Shown one piece after another: positions 54,561-64,000 of a stretch of 64,000 nucleotides of DNA. Both the position numbers and the translations under genes were made by a program. Position 1 is the stretch's first letter. Every line of letters begins with the position of its first letter. Below the pieces are notes generated by a model. The model worked only from the letters and a program-made list of their open reading frames with translations, did not search any database and was not told the origin of the DNA. This DNA comes from Camelus ferus (lineage: Eukaryota), in NCBI RefSeq assembly GCF_009834535.1, contig NC_045696.1:43588001-43652000 (forward strand), given 5' to 3'.

Positions 54561-54665
54561 AGATTCACATGCACATACAACTTTCTCGGACTTTCTTTAA
54601 ATTATATGACCCTCATTTTCCCTTGACAAAAGGCACAGATTAGAACACTACTTCTAAAACTTTAA

Positions 54666-55522
54666 TGGGAAAGCTGGATAGTTGCATGTAAATCAATGAA
54701 GCTAGAACACTCCCTCACATCATACACAAAAATAAACTCAAAATGGCTTAAAGACTTAAACATAAGACAAGACACCATAAACCTCCTAGAATAAAACATA
54801 GGGTAAACATTCTCTGATATAAATTGTAGCAATGTTCTCCTAGAGCAGTCTACCAAAGCAACAGAAATAAAAGCAAAAGTAAACAAATGGGACCTAGTTA
54901 ATCTTGTAGGCTTTTGCATAGCAGAGGAAATCATAAACAAAACAAAAACACAACTTATGGAATGGGAGAAAATATTTGGAAATGTTGCAACTGACAAAGG
55001 CTTAATTTCCAGAATATATAAATAGCTCATACAACTTTATAAAAAAAAAAACCAAACAACCCAATCTATAAATGAGCAGAAGATCTAAACAAGCAATTCT
55101 TCAGTGAAGACATAAAAATGGCCAAAAGGCACATGAAAAGATGCTCAATATCACTAATTAGGAGAGAAGTGCAAATCAAAACTACAATGAGGTATCACCT
55201 CACATCAGTCAGAATGGCCATCTTTAAAAAGTTCAAAAATGATAAATGCTGGAGAGGCTGTGGAGAAAAGGGAACCCTCCTACACTTTTGGTGGGAATGT
55301 AGTTTGGTTCAGCCATTATGGAAAATAGTATGGAACTTCCTTAAAAAAACTGAAAATAGGCTAACCCTTTGATCTAGCAATCCCACTCTTGGGCATATGT
55401 CTGGAGGAAACTCTAATTGGAAAAAATACATGCATCCCAATGTTCAAAGCAGTACTATTTACAATAGGCAAGACATGGAACCAACCTAAATGTCCACTGA
55501 CAGATGACTGGATAAAAAAATT

Positions 55523-55568
<46 letters not shown>

Positions 55569-56012
55569 GGAATATTACTCAGTCATAAAAATAAAAATAA
55601 TGATAATGCCATTTGCAGCAATGTGGATGGAGCTGGTGATTGTCATACTAAGTGAAGTAAGCCAGAGAAAGAAAGAAAAATACCATATGGTATCACTTAA
55701 ATGTGGAATATAGAAATAAAAGGACACAAATGAACTTACTCACAAAACAAAGAGACTCACAGACCAAAAACAAACTTATGGGGGGGGGTAGGAAGGGATA
55801 CATTGGGAGTTCAGGATTTGTAGATACTAACTACTATATATAAAATAGATAAACAGTAAGATCCTACTGTATAACACAGGGAATTATATTCAATAACTTG
55901 TAATGGTCTATAATGAAAAAGAAGATGAAAAGGAATATATATATGTATAAATGAATCACCATGCTGTACACAAGAACAGAACACTGTAAATCAACTATAC
56001 TTCAATAAAAAA
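54666..56012 (+). mobile_element. Younger 5'-truncated LINE-1 (cetartiodactyl/camelid-type): ORF2 C-terminus plus 3' UTR
   Basis: ORF 55118-55372 = L1 ORF2 C-terminus (HMKRCS...[10 protein letters not shown]...[18 protein letters not shown]). 3' UTR gatactaactactatatataaaatagataaac, AATAAA at 56004-56009, internal (CA)n at 55524-55566. Confidence 0.95.
55524..55566. repeat. (CA)n microsatellite within L1
   Basis: About 21 AC units. Confidence 0.95.
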
Positions 56013-56029
56013 TAATATACGCTAATTTT

Positions 56030-56147
56030 TAAAAATGCAGATTCTAATCCATTTTGACTGTGATGGGTCTGCATTTCTTCATTTCTAACAAGCCTCCTTG
56101 TGATGCCAATGCTTTCAGTCCTGGGACCACACTTTATGGAGCAAGGC
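56030..56147 (+). mobile_element. MER5 (MER5B-like) hAT-Charlie MITE, 3' part; 5' end probably at about 54646-54665
   Basis: aaaatgcagattct...tttctaacaagcctccttgtgatgccaatgctttcagtcctgggaccacactttatggagcaagg, with cactacttctaaaactttaat upstream of the L1. Confidence 0.7.
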
Positions 56148-59100
56148 ATTCAAGATTTCCCTGTTTTAAAAAGTGCAGTAATCACAGGAAGTCCCTCAGA
56201 TCATATCTGCCCCTCCTCCAAAATCATTCATTTCAAGGATGCTTAGAGATTATGGGAGGTGAAAAGAGTTGTTGAAAGCAAAGGCTCACTTGCTTTCTTC
56301 TCTGTTCCAAATGATGCCTTTTAGGATTGCTATGGGGATGATAATACAAGAGTTGCTCCCTATGGATGGATGGCAGTGTGTCATTTGGCAAAATTTTTCA
56401 CTACATTTCCTCCTATGCTGTGTAGGCACACCAAAATGAAGAAAACAAAAACCATTCTGAACTGACAAAGTCTGGCTTACTTATAGAAAATGTTTCAGAA
56501 TATATTTTAGCTTTTCAAAACATATTTTTTAGAAAAACATCTTATCAAAAAAAAAAAATCACAGCTATATCTAGGAGCTGTCAACTGTTTCACCACAGAC
56601 AAAATCATTATACTAGAACAATAAAACACAGCTCTTAGCATAAGAATTCAATTATGTTTATTTACTTTGCATGTGAATAGACACAATTCCATTCTAGGTA
56701 GAAAAAGTAAAATAAAAATAAAACTTTCCTCTGCAAGGAAAGATGTTTTAACTATATTTGGTTCAAAACGTTATTTTTTAAATATTATTTCCTATGGTGT
56801 TTTTATAATCTGAAACAGAGTTAGATGTAACCAGAGGAGCTGAGTGTTCTAGCTCACCTTTCTTCTTCAAAAAAGCAGCAAAAACAGATGCACAAATGCA
56901 AAGCATCAAGAATCTTGGTGCTGCTTGGGGTTTGATCCACTATGTTCAGAGCCTGAACACTTATAACTTCAGAGGAAAAACAAAACAACAAAACAACAAA
57001 ACCCAAAACATAGAAATATTCCATAAGCTTTCATTGTCAATCATAGAATTCTGCCTTCCCCCAAGCAGAGAACTCTCCACTGCAACTCTTCATGAGCAGT
57101 TGTCCCACCAACATACAAGTTTTATGTCCAATGATAAATTATTCAGAGACAACACAATGCCTAGCAACCAGTATGTTCATTCAGGGATGGGATATCAAGA
57201 CGACACAGGGAGGCCCAGTAATATTTGGAATAAACAAAGGTTTAGATACTTTTATTCATAGGAAAGTCTTATGCTGATGTGAAATCATTTCTTTATAACA
57301 CCCACTCACTGCTTTAAGAATTTATGAAATATCTTTCCCAAATGAGAGCCATTCAAACATTCGTCACAGCTTACCATGGTGTTCTCATGGTCTGTACAGT
57401 CACAGGTTTTCTTCATTGTATGGCTTAGCTTGAAGATACAATTCTCTGTAGACATCCCGATTTTATACGGGCCTCTGCCAAAGTGTAAGTATTTCATACT
57501 ATCCATGTACTCTGGCTTTTTAAAAAAATTATTTCATGTTTCCCTGTGTTACAGGTAGCTTCTACCCATAACTATGTAGAATTTTTAGTCCAAGTGGAAT
57601 CTTTTACCTTGAACTTCATATAAATCACTATAGTTTTATTTTACTTGATTTTAAGACCGATGAAAAATTCATTAATATTGTGTTTATAATGGAATATATG
57701 GATTTGCCCTGCAAGTTTTATCCATACAGATTATAAATATGAATTTTATTATATTATTCAAATCATTGAGAGAAATTCTGAGCTCTCGAAGTACAGAATT
57801 GTATAACCTCATATCTGAAATTTATTCTAATAATGTTTAGGTATTCTATTAATGTACATAATTCCACTATTATAATTTCTGAATGTTCCAAATGTAGTTA
57901 TAAGACTATGAGAACACCGAAAATACTGAGCTGTCATTTCCTAAAAATACTCTTATTGAACTTTTTGACAAAAAATAACCCCACAAAAACTCTGCTTTTC
58001 TATACTTTGTTATAGTGCTGACCGTACAGAATTACGTACACATTCTATGTAGATACACTTTATGTTCAATGGCGAGATTGGAGGGTCAAGACTGCAGTCC
58101 CTGACTCTAAAACCAAGAAGTGTATGTTTTACAGAGCTGACTCATATCCACAAGTGTAGCTCCATTAGTATTATGGCCTAACCAACTATAACAAATGACT
58201 ATACACAATGCTTAACAGAGGTCCAGAGATAGTCATAAGATTAATAATATATTAATCATCATCAGGATGATCATCATTCTGATCAGGACTGTGATGGTTA
58301 TGAGTTGGTCATTTTGTTATGACTGTAATCTTTCATCTTAATTCATAATGCTGTAACTATCTGTTCTATAAAAGACAAGGAGAAGTCGACCTCCATTGTC
58401 TTTTCTACCAGAGAATGTCTAATGACCCACATGCATTGCAGGGACATAACTGTAGAAGAATAATTCAATGTTTGACAGTTTTCATGGCAAATTTTCTGGA
58501 CTTCTCATCTTGTGTGTTTTTTTTTTTCCCACACTGTCCTATCATAAAAATTCCTGCATTTTATTCCATAACCTGTGCAGAACATCAGTGAAACCCAATG
58601 TGCATATTGTATCTTGTAAAAAGGATAATTTTGCAATATATTCATAATTTTGACCTTTGTGTCAGCATTGTGATTGCAATATCTGTACTGTTCAATAAGT
58701 AAAATGAATAGAGATGAGAAATCACTGTAAAGTTGAACACATCAGTGTCCAACCTTAAATACTTTGCCAATTTCCAACAATCTGTATCTTTAGACAAGTT
58801 CTTATTGTCTCCATATCTCCTACTTGATGGATTTTCTTGCTTTTCTTTCCTAACCTCAATGGTCAATTATTTATTTAGTGCTACTGCTCCATTTCATGTT
58901 CATTTGTACAAACTTAGCCTTATTTATCACTCTCAAGCTTCTCATGTTCCTAGTCTATCCTGAACATTACTCTCTTAAAAAGTTCAAAAATATTTTTAAC
59001 CAGAAAAATACACAGTAACATAAAAAAATACTCTTATTATTATATATTGTACTGTAAAGTACAAATGAGGATTGATAAAATGTGTGTAATATTTACCTTC

Positions 59101-59149
59101 CCAGGTGGGGATAAGATAATTACAAATCATAATTCATTTTCATATAAAT

Positions 59150-59700
59150 AAAGAAAATGGGTTGGAGTATTTATGAAGGATGAGAAAAACTCAAATGCAA
59201 TGTCTAAAACAACCTTATGCTAGCTAAATTACAATCATTATAGAAGACGAAAGTTCAAGATTTAATATATATTTATTACATGTATTAACTAATGCCTGAG
59301 AAAAATTTCAAATTCATCTGGAAAAACATACAGGTGAAAATTGTTCATAAAACTTTTTGAAAATATGAATATCCCCCAGATACTAAAATACAGTGAAGTT
59401 AAAATAATTAAAATAATGGAAATTGAAATGAAAGTTTTCTCATAAATAATGTGATATAATTCATGGCCCAGAAATAGAATCTATAAATATGTGATATAGT
59501 AAAGATCATAACATAAATAAGTGAAGTCAAAATTATTTATAAAAGTAATAAAACAAAAGATTGTATGGAAAATATTAATTTGGATATAACACGTCATGCA
59601 CCAAAACCAGCTGTATTTGCAGTCAAGATACAGATTTAAAAGATCAGGTTAAAAAAAAAAGATTAGGTAAATAAAATACAACTTACTGCCAAATGATATT
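59150..59700 (+). mobile_element. Highly degraded LINE-1 ORF2 remnant
   Basis: aaattcatctggaaaaaca...cccagatactaaaatac...ggcccagaaatagaatc. Confidence 0.5.
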
Positions 59701-60171
59701 TATTAATAAAATAAATTTGGAAGTCTGTCCTCAAAGGGAGTATTATTACATATTAGACAGAAAAAAACTATAAAAAGTAAAATAATTAAAGCCATTTTAT
59801 TTAACCTGTAGTTTGGGAAATAATATATTTACATGCTTGAAGCTTTCCATTTATCATTTTCTGAATACTATATATATATAGTTTATATCCTTCTTTAGTA
59901 ATACTATCTTCCACGTAACACAAACCTATTCCTTAAACACAGAATAGATTTAAATTTATTTAATATTTAAATTTTTAAACTACTCTTTGATATATTTTGC
60001 TTGCTGCAATTTGCTTGGTTTTCCTCCATATTTCGTGTGAGAGTGATTATTCTGGTTATTTACTCATAATCCATTGAAGGATTATGGCAGAATAAATTTA
60101 TGCATTGATATGTTGATAGATGTTTAGGATACTACCAACATTTTAACTTTTCAACAAATACTACATTTCTC

Positions 60172-60935
60172 GTTGACATTAAGGATAATAAAATATTACT
60201 ATTAACAAATCTATTCTCTCAAATTTGGTAACAAAGATGAAATGGACCAATTCCTTGAAAGGCACAATCTGCCAAACACACTAGAAGAAACAGATAATCT
60301 GAATAGGTCTTTATCTATATTGTCAAAACAGAAGCACCAGTCCCAGATGGGATTGATTGGTGAACTCTACCACAATTTAAGGAGGAAATTATACAAACTC
60401 TTCTATAATCTCTTCCAGAAGACAGAATCAGGGAATATTTCTAACTCATCCTACAAGGCTAGCATTATTCTAATATGAAAGACAAAGAACTTACAAGAAA
60501 ACTACCAACCAATATTATCTCTTAAACATAAAAATATTAGCAAATTGAACGCAACACTGCATGAAAAGAATAATACACCATGACCAAGCAGGATGTATTC
60601 TAGGTTTGCAACACCAGTTCAACACTGGAAACATCAGTTAATAAATAAATCAGATCAACAGGCTAAAAAATAAAAATCCCAAGATCAATAGCACAGAGAA
60701 GCCATTTGACAAAATCCAATATTCATTCATGATTTAAAAAAAAAGAGAGATCTTGTCGAATACTAAGAATAAAGGAAAACTTTATCACTTGGTAAAGAAC
60801 ATCTATAAAAAATAATTAACATACATAAGGGTGAGGGACTAGAGGCTAACCCACAAATATCAAGAAAAAAGCAAGGCTGTCCTCTCTCACCACTGCTTTT
60901 CAACATCATACTAATCCTAGGAATGCAATATGAAA

Positions 60936-60986
<51 letters not shown>

Positions 60987-62430
60987 ACTAAATAAAAGAT
61001 ATACCAGGTTGGCAAGGAAATAATAAAACTGTGTTTGTTTGCATATGACATAATTATCTATGTAGAATATATAAAAAAAATCAATCCCAAATACTGAAAT
61101 TATTAAGGGATTATAGTTAAGTTTTCAGGATACAAAGTTAATATGCAAAAGTCAATTGCTTTCCTACATATAAGCAATGAAAAAGTGGAATTTGAAATAA
61201 AAAATGCCAAAACATATTAGCACCCCCAAAATTAAATACTTAAGTATAAATATATCAAAATGTATACAAGATCTATCTGAGAAAAATTGACCAAAAAATC
61301 AAAGAAGAATGATACAAATGAAAACATATTCCATGTTCATGAGTAGAAAAACTATATTGTTCTCAGTTCTATAAATTCAATGTAATTCCAATCAAAATGC
61401 CAGCAGGTTATTTTATGGATATTAAAAAGATGAGTCTAAGTTTATATGGTGAGGCAAAATACCCAGAATAGAAAACTTATAATTGAAGAAGAGTAAGTTC
61501 AGAGACCTGACACTACTCAACTTTAAAACTTACTATAAAACTACAGTAATCAAGACAGTTTGGTATTGGTGAAGGAATAGACAAATAGATCAATGAAACA
61601 GACAAGAAATCTTAACTAGACCCACAGAAATATAGTCAACTGATCTTTGACAAAAGGCAATACAATGGAGCAAAGATAGTCTTTTCCACAAATGGTACCA
61701 AACCAGCTGGATGTCTACATGCAAGAAAATTAATCTAGACAAAAAGCTTATAACCTTCACAAAAATTAACTCAATATGGATTATACAGCTAAAGAAAGAA
61801 ATAAAAACTATAAATCTCCTAGAAGACAGTTTAGAAGAAAATCTAGATAACTTTAAGTATGGTGATGAATTTTTTGATACATCAAAGGCATAATCCATGA
61901 AACAAATAATTCATAAATCGAACATCATTTAAATTAAAAAACTTCTGTGAAAGACAACATCAAGAGATTCAGAAGGCAGGTCACAGACTAGGATAAAATA
62001 TTTGGAAAAGATACTAGTATATTACTAAGCACTCTTAAAACTCAATACAAAAACAAAAACCCATTTAAAAAGTGGGCATATGACCTGAACAGTCCCTTCA
62101 CCAAAGAAATATACAGATAGCCAATAAGTATAGAAAAAGATACTCAACATTGTATGTCATTAGGTAATTCCAAGTAAAACAAGGAGATACCACTGACACC
62201 TATTAGAATGGCCATAGTCTGGAACAGTGACAACACCAACTGCTGGTGGAAATGTGGAGTAACAGGATTTCTCATTTATTGCTGGTAGGAATGCAAAATT
62301 GTACACTCACACTGGAAGACACTTTGGAAGTTTACTAGAAAACTAAACATGCTCTTATCATACAATCCAGCAATTGGACTCTGTTATTTAACTAAATGAA
62401 GTAAAAACTTATGTCCACACAAATATCTGC
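60172..62430 (+). mobile_element. LINE-1 (L1MC1/MB-type) ORF2 remnant
   Basis: ORFs MDQFLERHNLP (60242) and MSTCKKINLD (61711), gtttgcatatgacataatt RT motif region. Similar to the copy at 41500-43968. Confidence 0.92.
60933..60984. repeat. (AAAT)13 microsatellite within L1
   Basis: Perfect AAAT units. Confidence 0.93.
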
Positions 62431-62431
62431 A

Positions 62432-63590
62432 TATTCTCTGACATAAACCATAGTAATGTTTTCCTAGGTCAGTCTACCAAAGCAATAGAAATGAAAGCAA
62501 AGATAAACAAAAAGAATCCAATTAAATCTAAAAGCTTTTGCACAGGAAAGGAAACCATAACTAAATGAAAAGACAACCTACAGACTGGGAGAATATATTT
62601 GCAAGTGATGCAGCTGACTAGGGCTTAACTTCCAGAGTATACAAATAACTCATACAACTCAATAACAAAAAACAAATGAACAACAACAACAACAAACCAA
62701 CCGAATCAAAATATGGGCAGAGGACCTAAACAGACATTTTTCCAGTGAAGTCATACAGATAGTGATGAGACATGATGGGACATGATGAGACATGATGAGA
62801 TGCTCACTGTCACAAGATAATGGATCACTTCAAACCAGTCAAAATGGCTATCATCAAAAAGTCGACAAATAATAAATGCTAGAGAGGGTGAGGAGAAAAG
62901 GGAACCCTTCTACACTGTTGGTGGGAATGTAGTCTGGTGCAGCCATTATGGAAAACAGTATGGAGATTCTTTAAAAAACTAAATTAGAGCTACCACATAA
63001 TCCAGCAATCCCACTCCTGGGCATATACCCAGAAAGAAATCTAATTCAAAAAGATACATGCACCCCAATGTTCGTAGCAGCACTATATGCAATAACCAAG
63101 ACATAGAAACAACCCAAATGTCCAATGACAGATGATTGGACAGAAAAGATGTGGTACATATGTACAATGGAATACTACTCAGCCATAAAAAGAAATGAAA
63201 TTATGCCATTTGCAGCAACATAGATGGACCTAGAGATTATCATACTAAGTGAAGTAAGTCAGATAGAGAAAGACAAATATTATATGATATCATGTATATG
63301 TGGAATCTTTAAAAATTACACAAATGAACTTATTTATGAAACACAGACAGCCTCACACATATAGAAAACAAACTTATGGTTGCCAGGGAGAAAGATGGGG
63401 TATAAATTGGAGTTTGAGATTAGCAGATAGAAACTACTATATATAAAATAGATAAACAACAAGGTCCTGCTGTATGGCACAGAGGACTATGTTCAACAGC
63501 TTGTAATAACCTATAATGAAAAATGAATCACTATGCTCCATACCAGAAACTAACACAACATTGCAAATGAACTATATATCAATTTTAAAA
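62432..63590 (+). mobile_element. Younger 5'-truncated LINE-1, same family as 54666-56012
   Basis: ttctctgacataaaccatagtaatgttttcctaggtcagtctaccaaagcaatagaaat...aaatgctagagagggtgaggagaaaagggaaccc...actactatatataaaatagataaacaacaagg. Confidence 0.93.
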
Positions 63591-63597
63591 TGCATAT

Positions 63598-63935
63598 AAA
63601 TAGGAAAGATGCTCAACATAACTAGTATTAAAGAAAATGCTAGTAAAAATGTTATATATTAACTCTTACCTATTGAACTGGTGAAAAGAATAAACAAAAA
63701 ACAAAACAAACACGGAACTCTGAAATTTTATTTCTAGATGTGTTCACAGAAGAATTCTCCTAAGTATACACAAAAGATATGTGCAGGAGACCATTTATAA
63801 AAGTACCATTTGTTAGAGTAAATTAGCAGAAACAATCTAAGTGTTCTATAATAAATGAATAAATGCTTATATTTTCATACCATGGACAGTCACACAGCAG
63901 TGAAAATACTGAACAAAAACTGCATGTATCTTATA
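63598..63935 (+). mobile_element. Old LINE-1 (L1ME-type) 3' fragment
   Basis: gaaagatgctcaacataactagtattaaagaaaatgc...aaacaatctaagtgttctataataaatgaataaat. Confidence 0.6.
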
Positions 63936-64000
63936 TATATATGTGTGTGTGTGTATATATATATCTCCTCAAAATTGAATATCCACTAAAAGAAGTGTTA

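Noticed and set aside
55118..55655. ORFs with clear protein similarity, including a Cys-rich motif
   Set aside because: Fragments of L1 ORF2 C-terminus in a 5'-truncated, frameshifted copy. Not a host gene.
12990..63935. L1 strand switch (mostly minus on the left, mostly plus on the right) as evidence for a host gene orientation
   Set aside because: Too few independent insertions, and there are exceptions on both sides.

Overview
AT-rich, CpG-depleted mammalian genomic DNA, either intergenic or deep-intronic. A tRNA-Ala-derived vic-1-like SINE and the young L1 3' UTRs point to a camelid (inference). I found no intact protein-coding gene, CpG island, rRNA or CRISPR array. The ORFs I could recognise are fragments of LINE-1 ORF2; the rest look like chance ORFs or microsatellite read-through. 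Much of the window is old interspersed repeats (L1 of several ages, L2, MIR, MLT1/MER34-type LTRs, MER5/MER94/MER104 and a probable hAT relic) plus microsatellites. I cannot support a new biological system. The most unusual signal lies at 7.9-13 kb: two exact, short, same-orientation duplications (38 bp and 23 bp), each apparently copied from about 1.4 kb downstream, plus an exact 46-bp tandem duplication. Together these look like a local cluster of templated DNA-repair insertions. Repeat family names come from recalled consensus sequences, not a database search, and repeat boundaries are approximate.
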